DNA of 64,000 nt from Octopus sinensis. Lineage: Eukaryota. Both the position numbers and the translations under genes were made by a program. This document shows positions 48,958 to 63,690 of this stretch, piece after piece (within the stretch, counting starts at the first letter, position 1; each line of letters begins with the position of its first letter). Where the stretch lies: NCBI RefSeq assembly GCF_006345805.1, contig NC_043013.1:30876001-30940000 (forward strand), given 5' to 3'. The notes beneath the pieces are model-generated. The model had not been told where the DNA came from and did not search any database. It was given only the letters and a program-made list of their open reading frames with translations.

Positions 48958-49244
48958 TGTTGTTGTTGTTTGTTCCTTCTGCAGCCATGCCTGCTTCATA
49001 ACAGCCGGTTTCCCACTATCATTGGGATACCGGTCCCTCACAGGTGAGCTGCTAGATGCATGAGGAAAGAGTGAGAGAAAGTTGTGGTGAAAAGTTCAGC
49101 AGAAATTCAACATTACCTTCTGTCGGAGTCGCGTGGAGCTTAGGTGTTTGGCTCATAAACACACACATCGCCTGGTCTCAGATTCGAACCTGCGGCCCCT
49201 CGCCTGCGCGTCCGCCCCTCTAACCACTAGGCCATGTGCCTCCA
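48958..49244 (-). mobile_element. SINE-D relative, tail type 2 ending in (CAA)n
   Basis: Head tggaggcacatggcctagtggttagagg...ggttcgaatc; shares the body aaagagtgagagaaagttgtgg with 44125-44437. ccacaatat flanks both ends (TSD). Confidence 0.85.
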
Positions 49245-49619
49245 ATTCCCACAATATAGTTTCTTATATTAGTTGAAAAGTTTTTCTTTCCTTCGCCCCT
49301 TTGAAACAGTTACAATATTTAAGACGATGTGTAAAATGTTTAATCCTTCATAGAATCAGAACATAGCTTCTATGAATTGTATACAGATGCAGTGCAGTTG
49401 CTGCATTATTCAGCTTAGAGAAAAGTAGATTAATCGCACGATTCAAAAGTCAGATCCTCACCTGAAAGGCGTTACTTCCTTGATATGATAAATTGGGCAA
49501 TATTCTCGAAATCAATTCCGGGCCAGTGTGAAGTGTTTTGATAAACAATGCAAATTGTATCATGTGTCAGACTAACAACTTTCAGATCGAGACATTTACA
49601 TCAGACACCCTTTCACATA

Positions 49620-50000
49620 CATATATTTACAATATTTTTAAAGAGAGCGAATTTCCACTCAAAGGATCTCAAAATATTTTCTGCAGTTTAAGGGATCATA
49701 GAATATTTATTTGACCGAATGTTTTGTTGACACAGTTGTGCAGCTGAAGAATCTGTGGTTTTCAGGTACATAAATGGAGTAGACACAACATTCATTGACT
49801 CCTTAGACGTTTTTATGACAAAACTAGAAACTTTGACCACAAAGGTCAATATTAGAAAGATTGTGATCTTTGGAAACTTTTGTCTGCTTCTTATTGTGGG
49901 TAGTCGACATGAATTGCGCGAAAAGCTTGATGAAAATAGTTTTTTTTTTTTTCATTTGAGAACACTAACAAATTATTTCGGCCAATTTTTTCCTGATAGT
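49620..50000 (+). pseudogene. Possible highly decayed hAT (Buster/Charlie-like) transposase fragment
   Basis: GVDTTFIDSLDVFMTKLETLTTKVNIRKIVIFGNF...HLRTLTNYFGQFFPD resembles the region after the hAT RW motif; similarity judged by eye only. Confidence 0.35.
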
Positions 50001-50237
50001 TCAAGTACAAAGTTACACTTGCATATTTATAACTCTTTTACTCTTTTACTTATTTCAGTCATTTGACTGCGGCAATGCCTTTAGTCGACCAAATCGACCC
50101 CAGGAATAATTCGTCGTGGGCCTACTACTTATTCTACCGGTCTCTTTAGCCGAACCGCTAAGTTACGGTGACGTAAACACACCAGCATCGGTTGACACGA
50201 GATGTTAAGGGGACAAAAACAGACACGCAAACACTCA

Positions 50238-50319
<82 letters not shown>

Positions 50320-50467
50320 CAAAGAGCAATAAAGATTCAAGTAAATTTAAAAAATTTACTTGAATATGGTACCTAACTTAGATGCACCAAAAAAAACTAT
50401 ACTGATTTAACAATACAGTAATGTGGGGTGATTATAAGCGAGAAAGAAGCAACAAGAATGGATAGGT

Positions 50468-50558
50468 TTTTAGTACGATCGTTTCATACAAGGACAGGTT
50501 TTATTAAAAGTTGCAAAGATTACAGCATATAAACGAGTCCCGTACTCATCAGCTAAAA
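50468..50558 (-). ncRNA. Mirror copy of the type I hammerhead ribozyme fold
   Basis: Reverse complement of 51432-51522. Confidence 0.8.
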
Positions 50559-51431
50559 TACATGTAAGTTCTCTAGACATCCTAGTGTTTGAGGCTATAC
50601 TCATGAAGTAATGTAGATAATTAAACAGATTTCTAAAGTTCATTAAAGTTCTTTAAAGATGATGCATAGTCTTATCACAGAATTTTAAAAAAGTTTTGGT
50701 AGCATCACAGAGAAGGTGACCTAATCCATATGAATTTCCATAGATATGATGAGGGATTATATACTCACAGAAGACAAATTTATCCATTGTTATTAGCATT
50801 ACAGAGAGGGTGAATTAATCCTTTGTATATATGCACAGATTCCAATGGTGTAGATGTAAATTTCCAGAGAAATGGAGATGAATTTCATATTCACAGGCGA
50901 TAAATTTTACAATGGTTGAACACAATGAGGTAGGTACCAATCCTTGTTATATGATTAGGTGTTTGCCATATTAATCACATTACTGCTATTCACAGTGAAT
51001 AGCAGTAATGTGATTAATATGGCAAACACCTAATCATATAACAAGGATTGGTACCTACCTCATTGTGTTCAACCATTGTAAAATTTATCGCCTGTGAATA
51101 TGAAATTCATCTCCATTTCTCTGGAAATTTACATCTACACCATTGGAATCTGTGCATATATACAAAGGATTAATTCACCCTCTCTGTAATGCTAATAACA
51201 ATGGATAAATTTGTCTTCTGTGAGTATATAATCCCTCATCATATCTATGGAAATTCATATGGATTAGGTCACCTTCTCTGTGATGCTACCAAAACTTTTT
51301 TAAAATTCTGTGATAAGACTATGCATCATCTTTAAAGAACTTTAATGAACTTTAGAAATCTGTTTAATTATCTACATTACTTCATGAGTATAGCCTCAAA
51401 AACACTAGGATGTCTAGAGAACTTACATGTA

Positions 51432-51522
51432 TTTTAGCTGATGAGTACGGGACTCGTTTATATGCTGTAATCTTTGCAACTTTTAATAAAACCTGTCCTT
51501 GTATGAAACGATCGTACTAAAA
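51432..51522 (+). ncRNA. Type I hammerhead ribozyme fold
   Basis: Stem I ttttag/ctaaaa; core CTGATGA 51438-51444; stem II gtacgggac/gtccttgtat with a long loop; GAAAC 51505-51509; palindromic stem III acgatcgt; GUA triplet, predicted cleavage after 51516. Confidence 0.8.
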
Positions 51523-54204
51523 ACCTATCCATTCTTGTTGCTTCTTTCTCGCTTATATTTATATATATATATACATATATACGATAGGCTCCTTTTCGTT
51601 TCCGTCTACTAAATCCACTCACAAGACTTTGGTCGGCCCGAGGCTATACTAGAAAACACCCGCCCAAGGTGCCACGCAGTGGGACTGAACCCGGACTGTG
51701 TGGTTCGTAAGCAAGTTACTTACCACACACCCACTCCTACCACACAACCACTCCTACGCCTAAAGCTATATTTATTCAAATTCTACACACGCTATTAAAA
51801 CTATTAGTAATTTATGTATAAGTTACAGAAATATTAGAATGTTTTACTATTATATGCATATGATTCTGAACATAGCTCTTCATACACATTCCAAAAAAGA
51901 AAAGTAGCTTTATTTATTGCGATCAAGTTATTCCATGAAGCAAGAAATACTCCATACCGATATACTGTGAGTTAAGTACCAGTAATGTGTATTAGCTTGT
52001 TCAATGAAAATGAGTAATGCGTAAGAAAGTCAGTATATCAAGGCTCTTTAAATTCTGGTGACAAATTCCGATGCGAATTGATTTATTCGTTATCAGTTCG
52101 TTAATAAATTACCAGATCATGCGCACTGATAATGCATAAATTGTTATGAAAACATAAGTATTTCAACCGTAGATGGAAACTTCCTCAATCTCTCGATTAA
52201 CCAAAAACATACTTCCTGCTGAAAATGCTTGAGGGAGTTTGGGAACCGTTATTGGAAGCTTCAATCTTTTTTTTTTATATTATTTTAATCAACTCTTTGT
52301 ATAAATACGCGGGAATTATATTTGATTTCGCAGGCAAAATACGTTTAATTAATGAAATATTGACTGCATCTGAATTGTGACAACTAATTAACTCGTTATT
52401 TGAATTAGTTTTCCATGCACATTTAATTGGAACTCTGGCATCAAAATGACATTCATTGGATGTTGTGGAAAATATATTGGATATTGTTAAAATTATTTCT
52501 TTATCTTTCGCCATTTATAATTACTGTTGATTGTTGTCAAGTTTCTTTCGTCAGGTCAAGATATCTCACAAGTCAAAAGCGTGCGTTGACACCTTCTAAC
52601 CTGATTCTACTGATTTGATTGCAAACTATTTCTTCACGACCGATGCATACATAATAATATAGTCAAATGATAACAACATATACTTGCAACTTTACGTCAC
52701 ATGCGATTCAAAGAATAAACACCCAAATTACTTATATTATATCCAAATGATTTTAATATGCAATTAATTTCATTGAACATAATAATTTTACGCTTATTAA
52801 TTCTTCATTTTTCTATTTTCTTACATGCAATTATTGCCTCATTATGAGTTAACATCTAGTTAAAAATCCTACGGCTCCTTCTCTTTTTAAATATTTCAGA
52901 ACATTTTCAGTCACAACTTCCGAGGTTCAATGTGCGTTATGTTTAGCATATCAAGTAATCAACATGATGTTCACATATCCCGATGATGTTTTTGCCTAGT
53001 AGCATTTATTTAAATGACCAACACCATAGTAGTTATCTTGTTCCAGTTAAGTTCATAAGTCCTGGATTCAACCAGCTATTAAATCTTTTCGGAAAAATCG
53101 ATGTTGTTGCCTATTATTAAGATGCTATCTCAAACGCTTCTCTACCAGATATTGTTTTGTATACTCATCTATATGCGTGTTTCTACGTGAGAGAGTGTGT
53201 CTATAGCTCTGTATGCGTATGCGTTTGTGTGTGTTTGTGCGTGTGTATGTGTATGTGTGTGTGTGTGTGTGTTTCCTAGAGTGAGATCTTAAATAAATTA
53301 GGAGCCCTGAGAGGCCTTTGTAGATGTGATCATATATACTGCAGCAACTTCTCAATTCAGCATTGGCTCCATTATCCGCTTGTTTATAATCAATGTTCAT
53401 ACACTTACACACATAAACGCAGAATCTAATTCCATATAAATGATTACGTTATAAAATCAAACTATTTTTCATAATTTTCATGTTTTCATTTTCTCCACAC
53501 TTCTTGGTTATAATTGCGCGGTCAACTGACGAGAAATGATCATGCTTCTGAATGTAGCATTCATGCTAACCATTTAAATTTGTATACTGCATTCATTATT
53601 CAAACTATATTATAGAGATATGAATTGGTTACGTGTTGAAAAACGGTTTAATAGACTGAAGATTTGTAATAAATTTTAAATGTCAAAACTGCGGTCACTT
53701 GTAATATCTGTTTGTGCATAACGACGTTGTCCATTCTATAAGTATGAACAATTTGAAAATATGCAATATACTGTCTATGTATCTTATGTGTTATACTTAA
53801 CGTTGTATTGGCTATAACTACTAAGATGTAAGTACTAATAACATTTGTTGAAAGAAAATTGGAATTAAATGTCTCAATTTTTAAATATCCATAAAATATA
53901 TTACTAAATGATCGATGCTCCCTACAGGATCATTCCAGGATCATGCAATAAAATCGGCAGCCCATTCAATCAAGTATAAGAAACCTGAGAAATTATGGAA
54001 ATTTAGAAGTCAATGATCGTAATAAACTTTAGTTTCCTATGTACATTGAAGAATATATAGAGGATTCTCAACCACATGGTTCCGTGTTCAGCTTCCCTGT
54101 GTGCTATTTGAAGTAAGTGTCTTCTACTGCAGCTTCGCGTCGACCAGAATCTTGTGAGTGGATTTCATTGATAGAAACAGGGAGAATCCTGCCGTGCATA
54201 TATA

Positions 54205-55268
<1,064 letters not shown>

Positions 55269-56227
55269 TATATATATATATATATATAAAGGGAATTTAG
55301 AATATATATTTCCAGTATAACTAAAATAGAAGCATAATACAGTCAACTTTAAATATGACACACACACACACAAATACACATACAAACACACGCCCGCTAA
55401 TGCACACACACACACGCATACGCAGAGGCGCACTCACATACATTCAAACAGACGAGTCTCCATGTGACGTCATTGCCCCACCAAAAGCAATGTCTGTAGA
55501 AATCCATTAACGCCCTAGCAGCAGGAAGATTTTTAGCGCAAGTGTACAATTTATTTATTTATTCATTTTCGTTTTATTGTCAATACCTGAGGTGCTTGAT
55601 TATATGTGTTGGTTACTCATAATGTTTCGCCTAAATATGATATCTACGGTTTATTAATCTCTGGTTCTCCCCATAAAGCTCCGTAAATAAACATAAATAG
55701 CTACTACAATTGATTTTATGTTCGTTCTACTGAAAGTGAAGGCACTGGAAGACAGCAACAGACGCAGCTCCGTTGATATGCTGTGAAGAGATTTTTATCC
55801 CATTATATTATGATTATATTTATAAATAGAAAACATGTATCCCGAAAGTGTGGATATGGCATAGCAATCATAAGTTGGATTACTTGAATTCTCACCTGAA
55901 ACCTCATTTGTTCTAGCCACATATCAATAACTGATCCTACGAATGAGAAGATGATCCCTGCCCTCTTCCCCGGTCGTTCGTTATAGATGTTTTGGTTAGG
56001 TAGGTTTCTGTTTCCATAATCTGAGGAGTATTCTCTAGTGACAGATTATTCGAGACCTCCCCATATTATTCATCCAATTAATTATTGTTCAATATGCATC
56101 GCCACTGAAATAATATCACAGCGACACATTTACTTACAAAGCCACCATTCACATAGCTCTAAAGAGGAATTTACTAAAATTCTACATGTCAAAAGAAGCC
56201 GAATGAACAAATTATATATATATATAT

Positions 56228-56361
56228 AGGCGTAGGAGAGACTGTGTGGTAAATAGCTTGCTTACGAACCACATGGTTCCGGGTTCAGTCCCGCAGCGTG
56301 GCACCTTGGGCAAGTGTCTTCTAGTATAGCCTCGGGCCGACCAAAGCCTTGTGAGTGGATT

Positions 56362-56440
<79 letters not shown>

Positions 56441-56637
56441 TTGTGTGTCTTTGTTTGTCCCCGCCAAATATCACTTGACAACAGATGATGATGTGTTTAC
56501 GTCGCCGTAACTTAGTGGTTCGGCAAAAGAGCCCGATATAATAAGTACTAGGCTTACAAAGAATAAGTCCTGGGGGTGATTTGCTCGATCAAAGGCGGTG
56601 CTCCAGTATGGCCACAGTCACATGGCTGAAACAAGAA
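56228..56637 (+). mobile_element. SINE-A copy
   Basis: ggcgtaggagagactgtgtggtaaatagc...ggttccgggttcagtccc ... ggcggtgctccagtatggccacagtcacatggctgaaac. Confidence 0.9.
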
Positions 56638-56854
56638 ACTGAAAGACATGCTTCTTTAAAAACAGAACCTGCGCTGAATATGCTAAGATGGTATTCATCA
56701 TTGTAGGGGTAATGGTCACTAAGATGGAATATACTTGCCCCTACACATCGAGGTTGTTAGTGTAAAACTGTCTAACAATTTAGTCTGTGGTTGCCGTAAC
56801 TATTACAATAATTACGAACTTAAACGAAAGATTGTTTCCAAATATTAGCACAAG

Positions 56855-56990
56855 GCCAACAATTTTGTGGAAGCGGTTAAGTCGATTATATCGACATCAG
56901 TGTTCAACTGGTACTCAAGTTATCGACCCTGGGAGGAGGTTCAGAGGCAAAGTCAACCTCGGTGGCATTTGAACTAGTAAGGACGGGCGA
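56855..56990 (-). mobile_element. Decayed SINE-B fragment
   Basis: gtcgattatatcgac...ctggtactc...atcgaccc...ggcaaagtcaacctcggtggcatttgaact. Confidence 0.65.
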
Positions 56991-57990
56991 AAGCTCACCG
57001 CCTTACGTAACTGAAGATGAATGGACAAATTTATTTAGCATGAAACTATTAGAGAAAAACTTTTCTTTCATATGCCAACAGGTCAAACAGTGTATGAAGA
57101 TGGGTTTTATATATCAAGGTTTAGAAATAGATTCATTTATCAGTACTCCTGCAGCGGGGAAATTAGAGACCTTTCCATATTTGAGTAGCAGAAATATGTT
57201 CTGCAGAGCAATTGTATTCGGTCATTTAGATTCCTATCCCACTGTACAAACGCTGAAAATATTCAACTAAAAATATTTAAATAGTTAGAACAGTTCTATT
57301 TTTGAGGTAACATACTGTGACGCTGCAGAAATAGATGAGTTAACAATTTTCTCTTGTGTATCTGGCTGGACAAGAACAGCAGCACAGCTCTGTGAAAAAT
57401 GAACCTGGGGATAAAGAAACTTACATGATAACTGATTATACACACACTACCAAATCATCTAGTAGGTGTTAAAAGAAACACTATTACATGGGAAATGGAC
57501 ACCGCATCAACCATAAATTAAAGAGCAAGGTGTAGAGAGCATGGTGCAGGTCTGATAAAGTCAAAAACTTGTTTGGGATTGATTGACGAAGGTTACCATC
57601 GATGTTAGGTGTGAAAGCCATAAGGAAAACGGCAGAAAATGACTTTAATATATCGCAGTTCATTCATAAATAAAACCCATGATTAAATGATGAAAAATCG
57701 AATGATGTTTTGGGCCCAATGCTAAAATCCTGTCGACCAAAGAGATAATCGATAAAACAGAAATTCTATTTATAGTGTTATATAATATATCACATGGCAC
57801 CTCTAAAATACGTGTCGTTGTCCTTCGTTTACTACTAAGAAGCAAAGTAGTCATAAACATAGCACCATTAAATAAGCAGGAAAAACAAACTCCTTATGTC
57901 AACAGAATAATATATTAGTCATTTGATATATTGTTCATTTAGCCGTGCTAAAAGCCAAATTGCATTCATTTGATAGTGTATAGTTCGGTG

Positions 57991-58027
<37 letters not shown>

Positions 58028-58271
58028 GCAACCTCTCTTTCAATACCATGACCAATTGCATAGTAACCTATATTGTAATTCCGCTCATTACAGTTCGAAA
58101 ACAAGTATTAAGGCTCCGCACCAAACACATTGTATTATTCATTCCTATTGAACACCAATCAGATATTCAATTCAGCAGGTCAATTGCACAAGAATTGCCT
58201 GCTTGTGTTGAATCGATTCCAGTCGATTATGTACGTATATATATAACATATATATATATATACATACATAT

Positions 58272-58316
<45 letters not shown>

Positions 58317-58442
58317 TATATATATCACTATATATCGATATCTGTCTATTTATCTATCTATCTATATATATATATATATATGCATACACATACTTATATA
58401 TATATATATATATACATATACGTATACATACATGTGAATTTA

Positions 58443-58488
<46 letters not shown>

Positions 58489-59379
58489 GATACATAAATT
58501 TACATAAATTCACATATATTCATATATATATTTGTGTGTGTGTGTGTATATTGTGAATGTGCATCTATATAAGATAATATTCTTGTATGCGACTATTATG
58601 TAAATTTAATGAATTCTCTTTAACTAGTGTTGCATTTATATGTTAATGAGGAAAAATAATGTTGAACAAGATATATGAAAATATAGTTTTGTTTGGAGAC
58701 CTACAAATGTTTACGCCTGCAGTGTGTTCGTTTGAGTGTGTTTTTGTATTTCTGCTGCATACTATTCTCTCTATAGCAACTTTACCTCTCGTTATTTAGA
58801 CTGTTCAACAACAGATGCACATTTTGTGCTCAATAAAGCAGAGAATCTCCTGAAAACAAAGAACGCCTCATATACCGTTAGCTGCTATGCATTCAAGCTC
58901 ACTTATGATATCTGTGTTTTACATATCATCTACCTTCAACCATATCTCCCAAATCAGTGACCATATTTGAAGTTGACAGTGATTAATGATTATAAATACA
59001 CACAGGCATACAATGAAGCCATTTGGATTACATTATAGGATAGTCTGCTCTCTGAGTGGAAAGCGTGCAGATGGCTTTTAGTCATCAAAGTATGTGTAGA
59101 GATTTAAAGCGTTTGTTTGAAATAAATCCTGGATTCATTTTGACAATGTGTTCTAGACTATAGCTTCTGAGTTCAATTCTAACAAAAGAAATGTTACATC
59201 TTCTGTGTAATTGGTCGCTATCAGTTGTCAAAAGAATATTCTTGGTAATATTTATATGTATATTATCTGTTCATACACTTATCAAGTAGTGGGGAACCTA
59301 GATATCTCAGCATCTTCATATATTTCATACAATATTCCAGTCCATATCTACATGAAGACGATTGTGAAAAGAAATGCTA

Positions 59380-59560
59380 TTTTCCACAGTTAGACATTTT
59401 GTAAAATACGCAACCATCTGGATTTACATTTAAAGTTACTTCATAAAAATTATATTTGACCACAGATTATCAATGTCATTCATTTTAGAAAACACTTTTC
59501 CTTAACGATGTTTATTACCACTGAGGAGAATGTTTCCGGATATATTGTGTTTTCAAGTAA
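59380..59560 (-). pseudogene. Possible very old Tc1/Tc3-like transposase trace
   Basis: With a frameshift the minus strand reads LWSNIIF..EVTLNVNPDGCVFY, resembling the W..VIFSDE..F.L.GPDG motif; weak. Confidence 0.25.
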
Positions 59561-59764
59561 GCATTAAAATATTATCGAAGAATCCATAAATCAGGATTGT
59601 ATATGTCATTTCTCTGGTGAGAAAATCTTTATGATTTTCTGGTTTCCATATGAATCATCATGTAATGAATTAGAAATACGAAAGTGAAAATAGATTGCAA
59701 ATATCCATGCATAAGATCACTATTAAATCTGCCACAGTTAGAAGATTTAAGTTTCGTAATTACA

Positions 59765-59945
59765 AAACTTTTTACTTTTTACTTGAGTCACTCATTCGAC
59801 TGCAAACATCCTGGGACATCGCCTTGAAGATTTTTTAGTCGAAGGAATCGACCCCACTATATATGTGTATATTTGTAAAACCGTGTACTTAATTCTATCA
59901 GTCTCTTTAACCGAACCACTTATTTACGGGAACGCACGCACACCA
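59765..59945 (-). mobile_element. Old SINE-A 3' arm
   Basis: cgccttgaag...ttagtcgaaggaatcgaccc...tacttaattctatcagtctctttaaccgaacc. Confidence 0.65.
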
Positions 59946-60251
59946 AACCCCGGTCTGTATAGAGTATCTAAGGTATGGTTCAGGTTCTCTTACGCAAATA
60001 CTTAACTTACTTGAAATTGTATAAATGATACATCCATTATTTGGTTTGGTTCCACTTGTGAAAATATGGTTACAGTTTACAGCAACAAATAAAACAGCTT
60101 AATACATACCAACGACAAACGTATGCCTAGGATAGCAAAATTAGTGAAAAGTGGGTTTGCAATTTTGTCTAAATCAAATGTGATTTTTATTATCCTATAC
60201 ATATCTCGTACATAAATAAATATACATGTGTGTGTCTGTCTGTCTGTTGTG

Positions 60252-60307
<56 letters not shown>

Positions 60308-60914
60308 CACACACACACCCATATATATATATATATATATATATATATCATTTATTTATTTATGCACTTTAACCAGTATAGACTTTCAATAATATTAGAA
60401 AGTATAGTGAAAAGACTCACTAAATATCAATGTAATATAATAATTTTAAACTACGTTATTTATGCAATCTTTATATCTTTTTCACAGTAAATGTTTTCGC
60501 GCAAAATATGAGCAGGAAGAATGGTTATTTTTTTAATAAATCTATGTGTCCACCACATCCTGTAAAAATAAATTTGGTCCTGGGTAGGATCTTGTAAGCA
60601 TATATAATTGTATTATTTGCGCTTATGGTTCCTTTCCCCTGGTGACGATCATGTTACGAATATATTTTGGTACATCTAACAATCTGGAGACTTGCATTTT
60701 CATATTATATTCGAAATCAATACAAATACTATCGGCTGAGATGGTCGTTCATAAATTCCCAAAATAACTACAATGTGTCCTCTGTGTAAATACTTATCAT
60801 CGCCCAGTCAGCTTACAGTGAGTAATAATAATATATGAGTGTGTGTATGTGTGTGTGAAAATGTACTGTAGAAGATAGATAAACAACAAGTATAAAAAAG
60901 TTGTATTATACATA

Positions 60915-61205
60915 GTGTTTTATGCTATAGCCTCGGGCGACCAAAGACTTCTGTGTGGAATTTTTAGACGGAAACTGGAAGCCGGTTGTATTTGTGTGCG
61001 TATTTATTCCCCCCGCGACCGCTTGACAACTGATGCTGGTGTGTTTGCGTCCCCATAAATTAGCGGTTCGATAAAAACGACAAATAAAATAAGTACTAGG
61101 CTTACAAAGAATAAGTCATGGTGTCGATTTCTTCTAATAGCACACTTTATGATGGTGCTCCAGCAGTACCGCAATCAAATGACTGAAACAAGTAATAAAA
61201 TAAAA
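60915..61205 (+). mobile_element. Old SINE-A copy, 5'-truncated
   Basis: gctatagcctcgggcgaccaaag...gcttgacaactgatgctggtgtg...ggtgctccagcag...aatcaaatgactgaaacaagt. Confidence 0.8.
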
Positions 61206-61212
61206 AAGTAGC

Positions 61213-61246
<34 letters not shown>

Positions 61247-61322
61247 TATGTGTGTGTGTGTGTATGTATGTATTAACACGCACAAACGCATGTATATATA
61301 TATATATATATATAATATATAG

Positions 61323-61361
<39 letters not shown>

Positions 61362-61827
61362 GTACCGGATTAAACACATAAATCTGAAACAAGGTGGAAC
61401 AAAGAGTACACAAATACCAGTGGTAGAGTAATATGCTTTATTTGCTAGCAAAAACTGTCCGACGAACGGCAACGTGAAACTCAGAGTAACAAGTTTTGTT
61501 GAATTTTCTGCTGCTTAAAATAAAGTATATATATGTATATATATATGTGTGTATATATTGTCCATCTCCAAGAGAAGTCGTTACTGGTTAGCTTTGGAGT
61601 CATCTTCGCACAGTCATATGTGACTTTACCTGAAGGGTGATGATGCAGTTGTTATTAAGATGGATGTTGAAATTTATACAAGCAAGACTTCACCGATTTT
61701 GTTTATTCTTCATAGTTAGCATGTGAACGTCTCTGGACATACACATATCTTTCTCTCTATATGTGTGTCTGCCGTTCTGTGTATGTATGTATATATATAT
61801 ATATGATATATATTATATATATATATA

Positions 61828-61880
<53 letters not shown>

Positions 61881-62860
61881 ATACACACATACACATACAC
61901 ACGCATACACACACACATACACACACACATACACACACACACACACACAATATATATATATAGTAGAATTTTATAGTGCCAGGAAACATCAAAAGACGAA
62001 GACAGGTGTATGAACAACAATGAGGTGCATTATTTTGTCGTTTAGCAAAAATCAAAAAAACGTCTCTTATATTTCGAGCGTATGCTCTTCAACAGAAAGT
62101 AATAAGAGGAAATAAAGAAAGACAGAAGGAAAAAAGGCAATTGTCTTCTACCACAGCGCCGAGTGGATCATGGCCTTTTGTGTGGATTTAGTAGATGGAA
62201 ACTGGGAAAATGGAAGAAGAAATATATATATTTCTGTGTGTGTGTTTGTGTTTATCCCCCTGCCGTCGCTTTGCAACCGATGCTGGTTTGTTTATATCCT
62301 CATATATATATATACATACATATTTATGCATAAACGCATACACAAACACGCGCGCACATATATATTGCCTACATTAACTTCTGTGCATTTTGCTTCTTTT
62401 TTATTATTCAATATAATTTACCACGTGGGTTAAATGATTTTACTGGAACTTTCCATTATACGGATAAATAATGAATATGTATGTATGTATGTATATCATA
62501 GACATATGAATATACACCGATATCTACTATCGCATACATTCATACAAACACACACACACACACACACATACACACACACGGACAAACACACTCACACTCG
62601 TACATACACACAAAAATATCGGTGGTATCGAGTCCGTCATTGGAAAATTGTCAAACTTTTTTTCCCTCAGCAACAAAAACCTCTTAAAGCACTGATGGTG
62701 TACTATGACAGACTATAGATATTTCATATACTGAATGAACAATAAATCATGGACACGAAAGTAAGATAAGCAATATTACGCAGGCTGCAAAATAAAAAGC
62801 ACACACACACACACACGCATACATACTTTAATATATATATATATATATAATATGCATATA

Positions 62861-62901
<41 letters not shown>

Positions 62902-63659
62902 TAAAGACATATATGCACAGAGTATCCTATGATTGGATTAAAGCCAAATGAAAGTTCCTTCAAATGCAACTTTACAGTGTTTACACTTCGGCATTTATAT
63001 CGTCTAACAGACAAGATGTTATGACGTGTTGAGTGAAATAAAGTAGATTAAAATTATCTTTTTTCTTCTAGATCATCCACCAGGCCAGCACCCAATGTTG
63101 TTTCCATATAGTAATACTCGATTTATATGGATGCTTCTTTTTTTTTTCTTTTGCTTGTATGTTGCTGGTTTATTGATATAGAGATATAGGGTGAGAATGA
63201 CTAAAACACATAAAACTGAAGATATAACGAAAAAGGTGCCTGACGAGTGTTCGTCCTAGACTAGGTGACAGGCAATGAGTAAAGAACGCTGCAAACACAT
63301 AGAGTGAAGTGGGAAAAAAATCATAGAGACAGGGAAAGAGGAGGGGAATTGAGAGAGAGTTTTCAGACGTGAGATTTGGTTTAATTAGATATTATTTTAA
63401 TAATGTTTTAGTTTCGAAATCTTTATCCATTTCATGATTTTTTATGAGCACGAATAAAATTAATAAAAGTTAATTTATACTTCTTACCATTTCTAGTATA
63501 ATTCTTGATATTACGCACGGTTTCAAATGTATACTTCTAAAGTTAGCCGACACATGATGGATAACACTGGTATCAGAAAGAACACGTAAGATAAGCAATC
63601 TCAGTAGATTATATTATACACACACACGCACACACACATATATATATAGAGAGAGAGAA

Positions 63660-63690
<31 letters not shown>

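Larger units (their letters stand above)
50433..51557. mobile_element. 1.1 kb near-perfect palindrome, probable tail-to-tail Penelope-like terminal repeats
   Basis: Arms 50433-50993 and 50995-51557 with a 1 nt spacer. The only difference I saw is T3 versus A5 in one homopolymer. Each arm carries a hammerhead fold. Confidence 0.8.
50036..51762 (-). mobile_element. SINE-A split by the palindromic insertion (3' arm 50036-50285, 5' arm about 51580-51762)
   Basis: Tail cagtcatttgactgcggc at left, head ccactcctacgcct at right; the insertion sits in the internal TA tract. Confidence 0.85.

Noticed and set aside
55466-55473. Perfect CRE palindrome TGACGTCA
   Set aside because: A single 8-mer is expected about once by chance in a window of this size, and there is no supporting promoter context.
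58786-58849. Minus-strand 64 nt segment with good splice signals (ttctttgttttcag / GAG-gtaaag)
   Set aside because: All three frames contain stops, and such signals arise by chance in 64 kb. It could only be a non-coding exon and needs RNA-seq.
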